Positions 53,393 to 64,000 of a stretch of DNA of 64,000 nucleotides are shown here, one piece after another. Under the pieces are notes generated by a model that worked only from the letters and a program-made list of their open reading frames with translations, was not told the DNA's origin and made no database searches. This DNA comes from an uncultured virus (IMG/VR IMGVR_UViG_3300001486_000425) (lineage: Duplodnaviria; Heunggongvirae; Uroviricota; Caudoviricetes). Within the stretch, counting starts at the first letter, position 1. Each line of letters opens with the position of its first letter. The translations under genes were made by a program, and so were the position numbers. The stretch lies in the IMG/VR virus record IMGVR_UViG_3300001486_000425; one strand, written 5' to 3'.

Positions 53393-54148
53393 TTATGCTT
53401 CTTTTATCTTATCAAAATGAATCTCTTTACAATGATTATTTATATTATTATATCGTTTAATTGCTTCTTTAAGATTAAAATTAGTATTTTCAAAAGTTAT
53501 ATCTTTGATGTCTCCTATATAGTTTCCTCTTTCATTATAGAAGCCAACTCCTATAACAAAATTCCACTCATTTATATGTTCATCAGCATCACTATTAGAC
53601 TCATCGTATAAAGTAAATCTACCATGAAATCCTTCTTCATCTAATTCAATATTAGCAAAACCATCAATAATATCTGGAATATTGTTTCTACTAGTAGTAT
53701 ACGTATTTATAAAGCACCAATACAATAATTCTCTAGTAGCACCAGTTTCAATATTTTTCACTAATACTGGAACTAACATATGCCATTTAACATTCCAAAC
53801 TGAATTTGGATTTGTAAGTTTATTTTGCCATTCTTTTTCTTCTTTTTCTTTCTTAAGTCGTTTTTCTCTCAGTTCTTCAGTCTCTTTAATTACTGCAAAC
53901 TGAAGCTGTTCTTTACTTGAATTAGATTCTTCATACTTAGTAAGTAATTTTAGCAAATACTCACTAACTGATTCGGCTACATGAATTTCAAATGGTATGT
54001 CAAATATATGAAATTTATCAGAATCAAATTTGACACTAGCTTCATCCTGTCTATGAGACTCTAACCATTTTCTATCTTCATCAGAAAAGACATAACCAGT
54101 ACGTCTTTCTAAATCAGATATAGTCTGATTTCCTAAATAAATTGCCAT
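53393..54148 (-). CDS. Hypothetical protein
   Basis: 251-aa ORF with GGGAG RBS. Confidence 0.75.
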   Translation of the reverse strand: MAIYLGNQTISDLERRTGYVFSDEDRKWLESHRQDEASVKFDSDKFHIFDIPFEIHVAESVSEYLLKLLTKYEESNSSKEQLQFAVIKETEELREKRLKKEKEEKEWQNKLTNPNSVWNVKWHMLVPVLVKNIETGATRELLYWCFINTYTTSRNNIPDIIDGFANIELDEEGFHGRFTLYDESNSDADEHINEWNFVIGVGFYNERGNYIGDIKDITFENTNFNLKEAIKRYNNINNHCKEIHFDKIKEA

Positions 54149-54308
54149 AACTATTCTCCCTTTATATTTTTAATAAAATCTTCTTTTGACCAATATATTA
54201 TTCTTTTTTCATCAAATAATGGAACTAGCGCGTCAACATGTTCTTCTAACAAATTTTAAAGTGATCTACCAAATATTCTAAAATATTCATATTTTCTCCT
54301 TTTAAAAT

Positions 54309-54340
54309 AAATGACCTGTCATAAAGACAAGTCATTTTTT
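54309..54340. terminator. Intrinsic terminator
   Basis: AAATGACCTGTC-ataaa-GACAAGTCATTT. Confidence 0.7.
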
Positions 54341-54603
54341 TAATTATGAAGATACTCGTATACTTCAAGTGCAGTCATAGTTTTCTCTTCGCCATTAACT
54401 CGAACTTTGATCTGTTCATCCTTGTCAAACTCACGACCTGTAATCCAGATCTTACCAGTCCAGTCCGAAGGTTGAAAATCATTTATATCGTTCAGGCCAA
54501 TTTTTTGCATTTTCTTATTTCTAGCATACATGACGGCGCGAGAAATTCTTAAAATTTCTGCAGCCTCAGCTACTGAATTTGCAACTGCGCAAACTCCGTT
54601 CAT
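54340..54603 (-). CDS. Small putative HTH-like DNA-binding protein
   Basis: SVAEAAEILRISRAVMY; no obvious RBS. Confidence 0.5.
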   Translation of the reverse strand: MNGVCAVANSVAEAAEILRISRAVMYARNKKMQKIGLNDINDFQPSDWTGKIWITGREFDKDEQIKVRVNGEEKTMTALEVYEYLHN

Positions 54604-54639
54604 ATTTTTAAATGCATAAAACTCGGTTTGCTTTATTCA

Positions 54640-54955
54640 GCTAAATATCAATGAGAGCTACGCTAACTTTATTATTATGTTCAATCCACTTGTGTACTTA
54701 GGCCAGGCCTAAATACAATGAAAAATAATGTTACTTTAGTTAATAATCTAACGCAAAGTAACTGAATTGTGGGAAATTAATCCTTTTTTCTTGTTACTCT
54801 TCATTGACATTTGGCATCACCACCTTTCTTTGGCATATATTTCTATTTATAATAGAGCCATGCACTATATACAGTACTTTTTATCTTTATATAAAAAGTG
54901 GCTCAGTGAGAAAGCACTGTTATCTCCTTGGATCGCGACTCCGAGGCTACCCACT
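54640..54955 (-). ncRNA. Putative structured RNA or long leader
   Basis: Starts after a CTATTT-type promoter variant (54956-54970); at least six stem-loops; locally higher GC. Confidence 0.45.
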
Positions 54956-55172
54956 AATATAATTAAATATACTTTAATTCTTTTTCATGATTTGTTTTAT
55001 TTATTTAATTCTTCTTTGTAATTGCATTATTTCATTATAGGTTTCTTCTCCTAATAAATCCATAACTGCATTACCGTGTTCTGGTGATTCTTTACAAATT
55101 TGTCAAATTTTTTTAGCGACATCAATTAAAATTGGTTTTACAATCATTATCCATCTTTATTCCTCCATAAAA

Positions 55173-55914
55173 TTATCTATTAAATTTTTCTTTTAATATT
55201 TCTTGTTTTATTTTAATAAATTCATCTCTATGTATAAAAGCAAGTTCTGCTTTAGCAAGTTTCTCTACTTCTTTATTTATTTCATCTTCAGACATAAAGT
55301 CTTCTGTGCAGTATTTAGCTTTGCACTTAGGACAACAATAGCGTATTCCATCTGTTCCCTTTGTTCTATGCAAATTATAGTAATGTTGTGCATCTAGTAA
55401 TACACGTGTTTCTGTTAAAAGAATTCCACATTTAGGACAATTAGGCATACAATTTCCTCCTTATATTATTTATATTATTAAATATACTTTAAAAAAAATT
55501 AGTTATAAATTTATAAAAAAGTTATTTACAAATATAGTATTATGAAAATTATTGTTCTGTAAAACTCGAAAATAATAATCTAAATACATTAGCAAATACA
55601 GATAAAAAAATGGAAAAGATTATAATATCTATTTTGAAATAAAAAACAGTAGATTTAAAATCTACTGTTTATTTTTAATAATTAATTTTATCTGGATCTT
55701 GTCGACCTATTTTTTCAATAATTCGACTTTCTCTAATATGTTTATAGAGACCTCTTCCTTCTTTTTCTGCGATTAAAATATCATAAGATGGTTCTTCACT
55801 TTGTTCAAAAGTACCATAAGCATCTACAATTTCTACAAAACCTTGTAATTCATCTGTAGGTCCAAATTTAAATCTTACAATATCAAATCTTTCATATTTT
55901 GGTTGTCCTATCAT
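55173..55914 (-). other. Hypothetical CDSs 55173-55448 (CxxC..CxxC zinc ribbon) and 55675-55914; perfect hairpin terminator at about 55644-55670
   Basis: ORFs with RBS; AAACAGTAGATTT-a-AAATCTACTGTTT. Confidence 0.7.
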
Positions 55915-55932
55915 ATAATTTTCCTTTCATAA

Positions 55933-57057
55933 TTAAAATTTTTCTTTTATACTTATTTTAAATAAATTACCTTTATTTATATATAATGCGTCTTTAAACA
56001 TTGAAAGTGATTCATCAGAATTTGATTTAAAATCTTTTATTGGCATACAACTAATAATTTTTTCTCGTTCTTCTAAAGAATATGCGTTAAAAAAGATATG
56101 AGCGTCTGTAAAAGATACCATTATAGATACTAAATTATCTATAAGTGTTAATATTTTTCGTGAAAATATAAATAATTCTTCATATTTATCTAAATATTGC
56201 AAATCTCTGTCTGGATTAAAATTTCTTGCTTTATCTTCATTTGCTATATAAATAACCCATATTGCACCATTATGAGATATAGTTATCCGATTTTCAATAT
56301 TATTAGGATTAACATTTAAAAATTTAGCAAGTACATTAATTGATTTTATATCATTATTTATCCAAAGTGTAAGACTACGCGAACTAAATGATATATATAA
56401 TGGTGTTTGAATACAAAGTTCTGCGTATTGTTTTTGGAGTATTGAAACTTGATCAAATACTTGATTTACTTTTTCTACTGTTATATTCATTTATGTACCT
56501 TCTTACTTTTCATCTATACACAATATAAATGAGTAACCTTTATAGTTATAGTCAACTTTTAATAACTCAGCAAAATCTTCTACTGTTTTAAATTCACCTA
56601 CATCTTTAGGCATATTATCAATAATTTTCAATTTTTCTTCATTAGAATAAGATACAAAATAAACTGTAATTCCAGATGCAGAAATCCATATACTATCTAT
56701 ACAATCTACAAGAGTTTTTATTTTCCGTGTAAATAAAAATAATTCCTCAAGCTGTTCTAGATATTTTAAATCTCTATTTGGATTAAAAAAATTTGCTTTA
56801 TTTTCATCTGATAAATGCATATGCCATCTTGCTCCATTATGGTATATTAAATCTTTGTCATTAATATTATTAGAATCAACTTCTAAAAATTTTGCTAAAG
56901 CGTCTACTAACTCTTTTGTATCATGTACCCAAATTGTAAGATCAAAAGAATTAAATATTACAAATAATGGAGTTTGCTTTTGAATATCTTCAATTTGTTT
57001 TTTACATATAACTAATTGATCTAATACTTGTATTATTTTTTCTTTTGAAATATTCAT
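55933..57057 (-). repeat. Tandem paralogous CDSs 55933-56490 and 56503-57057
   Basis: Shared QTPL, LAKFL.V..NNI, HNGA.W, FNP.RDL.YL...EELF.F.RKI.TL. Confidence 0.9.
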
Positions 57058-57471
57058 TTTTAATCTTTTACCTCTAATAATCTTGGATTATAAATATAAA
57101 AATATTCATTACCAAAAGTAGATTCCATAGGTACAAAATAAGCGCTAATTACTACATATTTATTTTCAGCATAACATAATTCTTGAGCAATTTTTGTATC
57201 ATATACAGTCATATCTGCATTTAAAGAACCATTATAAATATATTGATTTTCTCCATCTGTTAATGTAAATTCATCATGATTTTTACCTTTATAATAATCA
57301 GTATTGCCAATATTAACTACTTTTAAAGTTTTAATTTCTCTTTCAACTTCTACATTTTTACCATTTTTAAGTCTAAATGATTTCATATAATTTCTCCTAT
57401 TATCCAAATTTAAAAGTTTTATAGCATTTATCGACTAAGTTTCGTATAAATCTATATAAAATTATATAAAT

Positions 57472-58788
57472 TTATATATTCTCTTTTATAAGAAGTTTGT
57501 TGTTTAAGTCTCCTCCAGAAAATCTGGATAACCTTATTCTTACAGGCGTATCGACTTCGCCTCTACTGTATAATCCCGCAAGAGATACAACATTACTTTT
57601 TCTTAAGATATTTAATGCTCCATTAACATCGGCATTAAGTATTCTACCATCATCAGTTCTATAAAGCCCTCGACTAATTCTCTTACCTGTGAAATTACCT
57701 TGCTTCGGGTTAAGCGGATTCCAGACGGGAATATCATCTTTACCCCAGAAGTTAGCTTTTGATGTGTAGCTTTCTTCCTGCTCTATATAAGTAATTCCAT
57801 AGATATTACATAAATATCTTAACCGGTTCTTGAATTTACCATAAGGCAACATTACAAACTGCTGGTTATTGACTTTACCTAGTTTAGTAGAATTCTGGAA
57901 TCCATCATTATAACCAACTACTATATTACTAATTTGATGGGCAATACAATATTGAATAATGTATTTTGCAGAACAGTAAATATAATTCTGAACTCTTCTA
58001 TCTCGCTTAGTTGATAACCTATATTGTTTTGCAGTATATGACTTAATCTTTTGATGATCTTTAATACTTGATAGTCTGGATAACTGCTTATTGTACCATT
58101 GATTTATTGATTTAATTTTTCTACCATCAATTATAAAAGATTGACCTTCAGATGTTGCACATGTTGCAAAATTATCTACTCCAAAATCAATGCCTAATGC
58201 TTTTGCAGAGTCTAATTGAGATTTCTTAATATCCTCATCATTAAATATATATCTAACTTCAAAGTGCTTACCTTTATATTTAGGTATAATCTGTATCTGA
58301 TGTAATTTCTTAGCCTTAAGATATTCCGGAAGATTAAGCATAATTTTCAGGTTAGGGTAATCTTCTTTAAGTGATCTTGATACAGGTATCTGAAATTTCC
58401 CATCTTTAATGTAACTTCCAGTTACATGGACAAATACTATTGGATATAAAGCATCTTTAGGCAAATAATGAGGTAATTTTACTTTCCAATTAGAGTATAT
58501 GCCTTGCTTTGTTTTCTTCAGAAGTGCAAAGAAGCTTTTGAAAGATTGGTCAGCTGCTCGCATAGATTGCTGAGAAATATTCGAACCTAATCTAATATAA
58601 TTAACTGAAGTTCTCATCTGGTAGAAGTTAGCTTCGTATCTGAGATATGAGCCTTCAGCAAAATAATGCTGACGAATATTATAGATTGACTCGTTATAAA
58701 CATTTTTACTTAAATGACACATCTCTCGCAAATATTCGTATTCTTCTGCAGATAATCCCTTAAGATTAACTTTCCAAGTTTTCAGCAC
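57472..58788 (-). mobile_element. tnpB: Solo TnpB (IS200/IS605-family OrfB, IS1341-like), no adjacent TnpA
   Basis: GTG start with GGAGG RBS; SKNVYN, ALGIDFGVDN, KSINQWYNK, QEESYTSK, NADVNGALNI; higher GC than flanks. Confidence 0.9.
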
Positions 58789-58936
58789 TCCCTACACCTC
58801 CTTTCTGTATTAGTATATAAGGTTATAATAAATAGAATTGTATCATATTATTTATTATAAGTAAATTATGTTATAATCGTTATGCTATTTGTGGGATTTG
58901 TAATAGTATTTAATTATCTTATATAAATCTTATATT

Positions 58937-61900
58937 TTATTCTTTTCTTGCGATTTTCTTATGTTTTTCAAAATCTGGATCTTCTGGCGAAATTAATTTA
59001 ATCCAAAACATAGTTGCTTTATCCCAAGATACATCTAAATTATATTCATCTTTTATATATTCATTTATTTTTTCTTGATATTCTTTTGAAACATATACAG
59101 TCATTGTGTCTCTTAAACCAGTATAATCTTTTAATCTAGCATATACATACTCACCATTATTGAAACTGTCTATAGATAACATAAATGCTGCAGTTTTAAG
59201 TAATGTATTATTTATCTTATCAATATCACGTTGTTCAAATATATATTTAATATAACCACGATCCACTGCGTACATATTTTTTCTCCTTTTTATAAATTAG
59301 TAGCTTTTAACAAAAATAACGTTCAACTTTATCTATATATGAATTATTAAAGTCTGCTTTAACTATATAATTATTTAAACATTCATCAAAGCTATCTATA
59401 TCAAATACATCATATAAATCACTAAAATCTAAATCATTATCTTCGTCAATATCAGGTTCAGTATTAAAAACAAATTCTATATATTTATTACCATTTGTAT
59501 CTTCTTTTAGACTGTTAATATTTATTTCTGATTGACCAGCTATTTCAAGTGAATGTCTAAAATAACTAGCATAATCTGCACTACATAATATAAAATTTTC
59601 TATACTAGATTTATAATTTTTATAAAATATTTTTACATCTTTTAATATTTCTTCGTCACTAATATCTTCTGATTTACCTTTAAAATAAAATTTTAATGAT
59701 AACATATAATTCTCCTTTTTATAAAAGTGAAGATAAATATTTACTATATTCTAGCCAATCTTTATTATCTTCCATAAGTATTACTACTTTATTAAGTGCC
59801 TTTTTAAGATCTCTTAAATTATCTACAACTCGATCAAATGTTATACCTTCATCTTCATTTTTATATACAATATTAAATTTAGTATAATCATATATTGTTT
59901 TCCATGTATCTGAAATTTTTGGTCCATGCTCTATCATAAAATAAGCATTTGATTTACGAATAAATAAACAATTATTATCTTTATAAGTGCTAAATTCTTT
60001 TATTTGTGTAAGAAAATTAATACATTTTTTTAATTCAAGCTCCGTAGTATCAGTGTCTAGTACAGTAAATAATTCATTTATACAGTTAATTACTTTATTT
60101 AATAATTTATTAGAATAACATAATTTACCATTTTCATCTTGTACATTTTTTCTTTCATTAATAAAATCTAATAATTTATCTAAATAAAATTTTAATGACG
60201 CTGAAATATTTCTTTTATCTTCTGCCCAAGTTCCATGATCTTTTTCTATTTGTATATTTAATGTAACAAATGATAAAAATATTCCATTTTCATTAGTATA
60301 TTTTGAGTTAAAAATTATACCAATATGATTTTCATTTATATAAATTCTAGTATTTTCTTCTTCTGCATCTATTGTATAATTTTTTAATATTTCAACAAAT
60401 TTATCATAATTAACATTATTTAATGCGCAATACTCTTTTAAATCCATGCTATATTTCCTTTCATAAATATTTTATATACCAGAGTTACCACGTTAATCCC
60501 TATGAATTCCCTATATATAATATTATAAATTATTAAGATTTATCTAAAATATTATGAAATTTATTAAATAATTTTTCAATATTTATGCCTTCTGTACCAC
60601 CTGATATATATTTACCTTTCCAATATATATCAGCTAGATTATTTAATGGATGATAACAAAATTCACCATTTACATTATTTAAACTAAAATTACAATAATA
60701 CCAACCATGCCCTCTATAACTACCTTCTTCTACATCTACAGAAAATTCAAGTTTAAATAATTTAATAAAATCATCAAGCATACTATCTTCTAATTCAATA
60801 TTTGCTCTTCCTGTTTGTTTTGTATATTCTTTTGTTTGATTACATTTTTCATTAAGTAAATTTAATAAATCTGTATTCATTTTATTTTACCTCATATTTT
60901 AATATTATAAAAAATGACCTAGCTATTTGCTAAGTCATTATTTTATTTACATACTATTAAAATAAATAACCTTTTATCTTACATAATAAATTTCAGGTAT
61001 TATGTCTTCATTTATCGCTCTCTCTATTCCGCATAAAATTACTTTATGCTCTATATTTATTTTAATTAATTCTAATCTCATTCTTAAATCATGTCTTGTT
61101 AAATATTGGTCGAAATGTTTAATAGTGAGAGTTTCACCTTTTATAGAAATATCTTCATCTAAAAATTTACCAAATTTTTTATTTAATTCAATTATAAATT
61201 CATTATCTTCTCTTAAATCTGCCCAATTATAAAGATATTCTTGATAAGTTTTACCAAAAACTGTACATTCATTAGAATTCCAATTATTATCAAATTTATT
61301 TTCTATTTCTCTTAGCCATCTGCTTTCACAATATTCAATTAAATTATTTTTATAATCTCTAAAAGTTAAAGTATACATATCTAAATCAAAACCTTCTATA
61401 TAAGGTAATTTTGCAAATTCTAAAATAGTCATAATTATTCTCCTTTTTAATATAATTCTAAAAATTTTTCTAAATTAAGGATCTAAATCTGAGAAAAATA
61501 CTTTAGCAGTAATTTCATGCTCTACTTTATAATCTTCAGCTATGTCATTTAACATATCATTAATTACTTCTGCAAGTTCACCATTTTTTAGTTCTTCCGC
61601 AGCATGAGTATTAAGTATTGTATCTATAGACTTATATTTATTATCTTTTACAGAATAATCTGAATCATCCAATATATTTTCTAATACATAGTCTACATAT
61701 TTACGCATATTATCTTTATTAATATCTATATTATCAATACGTTTTAATTCTTCAATAATTTTATCTGCAGTTTCTTCTATTATATAATATACAGCATCAT
61801 GTACAATATAATATCCATCATCTATTTCTTCTTCAACTTCACGACGTACATTATACATAGTATCTTTGAAAGTGTCATCAATATAACTATCATCTAATTC

Positions 61901-64000
61901 TATACCTTGTCCTGAAGTCTCTGATATTTCAATATTACCTTCAAATATAATATATTTAGCACCATCTTCTGCCGCCTTTGTATATTCATAAGTAAAATCA
62001 TCTTCATCCATAGTAAGAGTGCCTTCAAATGTGCATGGCATTGGATCATGATAACCAAAACTTGTGCATGTACCAGATATTTCAATTGTTATATCACCAT
62101 CATGATCTACATCGTCTACGTCTACTTCAAAATCACTATATCCTTCAGGACATCCAATAGAGTTACGACCAATATTAATATCATTTATTGATATGTCATA
62201 AATATCATCACTATCTATTATCATTTTCATATCTATTAACTTTCCTTATTACTTCTTACCTATAAACATAGGTTCAGGCATCTTAATTTTATCTGGTATA
62301 TCTTCTCTAGAACCATTCCAATCCCAATCAAATGCAGCTACTGATTCATATATAATTCCTTTTGTTTCATCAACATAAACAAGAGTATCTCCAGAAGTAA
62401 CTGTCATTTTTGTATTATTATCTCCACAGAATATTTTTGTATCTGGATTATTAGTTCCTTGTATTATAATTGTGCCATATACATATTCTGAAAATGCCAT
62501 AAGCGTTTGTTTTTCCATAATTATTTCTCCTTTTTATTATAGTCCTGGAAATTTTTCATTCATAATATCATCCATAGCTGTATCTTCACAATCTTTACAT
62601 ACACGTCTATATCCAACATCTATTATGTTTTGATAACCAACTTCTTTTTTACAATATGAACAAAAATTAGCTTGATGTGCTGCTTTATATAAAATAGTTT
62701 TAAATCCTTCAGTTATATCAAATCTATCTATTGTTCCACCTTCAATAATATCACCATTTTCTTCAGTCGCTACAGATACAAATACAGTATTAAAATCAAA
62801 TTCTACACTCATATAAAAATATAATTGTTTCGTTATATTATTTTCTGTATAAGTCATTTCAGGCAATCGAGCAACAATATAAAAACTTATAGATGAATAA
62901 GTATAAACATCTGCACCAAAAGCAAAAGCTTCTGCAAAAAATGGTTCAAGTGTTTTTTCATTTGGATGACCTTTAATATAATCATCTATTTCATCTATAG
63001 TTATCTTTTTTACAGTTAAACCAGCTACTTTCATATTTACTCCTTAATTATACCAACCAGGTTGTTCATATTTTCTTTTCATTTCAGGTAAACAATCTTT
63101 ACAACATCTACCAGCAAAAGAAAATAATGATTGTTCAATATAAGGTGTTTCTTTACCACAAATTGGACAAATATTCATTGCTTCTTTTGCAACACTTATT
63201 ACTGTATTTAATGATAAATTTTCTTTTTGAATTTCAGTAATTTTTTTACCTGCATAAATTTCATCTTGATATGTCATTGCATCATAAATAATTACATGAT
63301 TATTATCATATACAGAAATATATAATCCAATAATATTCTCACCTAAATTTTCCATTTTATAAATAATTTCAATATCTGGAGGATTTAAATTAGTATCTTG
63401 TAATAAGAAACACGCGCCATTCTCTGAAGCTTCTTTATATAAATTTATTTCAGTAAATTTTTTATTACTATCAAATAATCTAGGAATTTTACATGCTTCT
63501 TCATAAGTAATTATTTTTGACATATAAATTCTCCTTTATTATATAATTTTAATTACTTTTGTCGTACATAAAAAGGCGTCTAAATCTTCATCATATCCAA
63601 ATATTTGAAACCAATTAGTCTTTTCAATAATATAATCGCAATATTCTTTGCATGTCATAGGTTTAGTATTTCTAAATTTTCCTAAACGTTCACCACCATG
63701 GAAAAGACCAGATAAATCTTGGTCAGTTATAAAATTAGTAAATTTAATTTCTTCACCAACCCAAATTTTTAATAATTTATTATATGCTTCATCTTCAGTT
63801 AATTTATTAACTTCTTCAGTTGACTTATTATAAAGATCTTCTTCAGTTATTTCATTTAATTTCATGCCTTCATTAATAAGCATATTTTGTAATTTTTCTT
63901 TGCCTATAATTTTCCAATCTGGATTTTCTATATCACCAGGAAAAGTTGTGTCTGATTCAAATATATATTTTGTTTGATCATTATTTTTTATTTCATTATT
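58937..64000 (-). other. Run of hypothetical CDSs (58937-59275, 59307-59705, 59719-60447, 60533-60880, 60974-61432, 61475-62230, 62249-62518, 62537-63034, 63044-63523, 63539->64000)
   Basis: Tiled ORFs with RBS; 62537 and 63044 share a C-terminal CxxC...R.CKDC zinc ribbon; the last frame stays open to the window edge. Confidence 0.8.
60909..60969 (-). promoter_or_regulatory. Promoter-short leader-terminator unit (variant)
   Basis: TTATTTATT-TTAATA, GTATGTAAAT..., hairpin ATGACTTAGC/GCTAGGTCAT and TTTT. Confidence 0.5.

Noticed and set aside
54340..54351. C-terminal LHN as an intein end
   Set aside because: Followed by a stop rather than a C/S/T extein, and no block F context
54896..54955. 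tRNA or known riboswitch
   Set aside because: No T-loop or anticodon arm and no aptamer consensus I recognise; kept only as unknown structured RNA
56563..56574. 12-nt match (TAACTCAGCAAA) to spacer 197-167
   Set aside because: PAM-distal end only, inside a CDS, and plausible by chance in AT-rich DNA
60496..60503. 8-nt match (ATCCCTAT) to the seed of spacer 139-108
   Set aside because: Too short and preceded by TTA rather than an AAN PAM
38917..62085. Minus-strand alternative-frame ORFs 38917-39123, 43968-44174 and 61900-62085
   Set aside because: Nested out of frame within better-supported genes, with no RBS
3070..63833. All plus-strand ORFs in the track
   Set aside because: They are antisense shadows of minus-strand genes or of a structured intergenic region, lack RBSs and have implausible composition

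Overview
Very AT-rich window with essentially every real gene on the minus strand. It is densely packed with small hypothetical ORFs carrying Firmicutes-type RBSs (AAGGAG), and reads as part of a jumbo phage or large phage-like/conjugative element; no capsid, terminase or tail genes fall in the window, so the element class is uncertain. Recognisable content: a type I-E Cascade operon (cas8e-cas11-cas7-cas5-cas6e) with no cas3/cas1/cas2 in the window, running into an array of sequence-divergent but hairpin-conserving repeats; a degenerate MNT-HEPN pair; a RuvC-like resolvase; phosphatases; two tandem RpoD-like sigma factors; an ADP-ribosylglycohydrolase; an AAA-CYTH protein; a class B sortase; a VirB4-like ATPase; an HTH/PolA-palm-like protein beside a possible origin; a three-gene c-di-GMP cluster; a BspA-like LRR protein; and a solo TnpB. 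The most unusual signals are: (1) an FtsK/TcpA-like ATPase scattered as separate genes carrying complementary split-intein pieces (16-aa IntN, stand-alone Hint middle, 23-aa IntC), whose last piece also has a 16-nt coding gap flanked by matched GTA codons (possible ribosome bypass); (2) a spacer whose seed, with an AAC PAM, matches the cas operon's own promoter region, suggesting a nuclease-free RNA-guided repressor; (3) seven promoter-short leader-terminator units. All family calls are by motif recognition, not database search.
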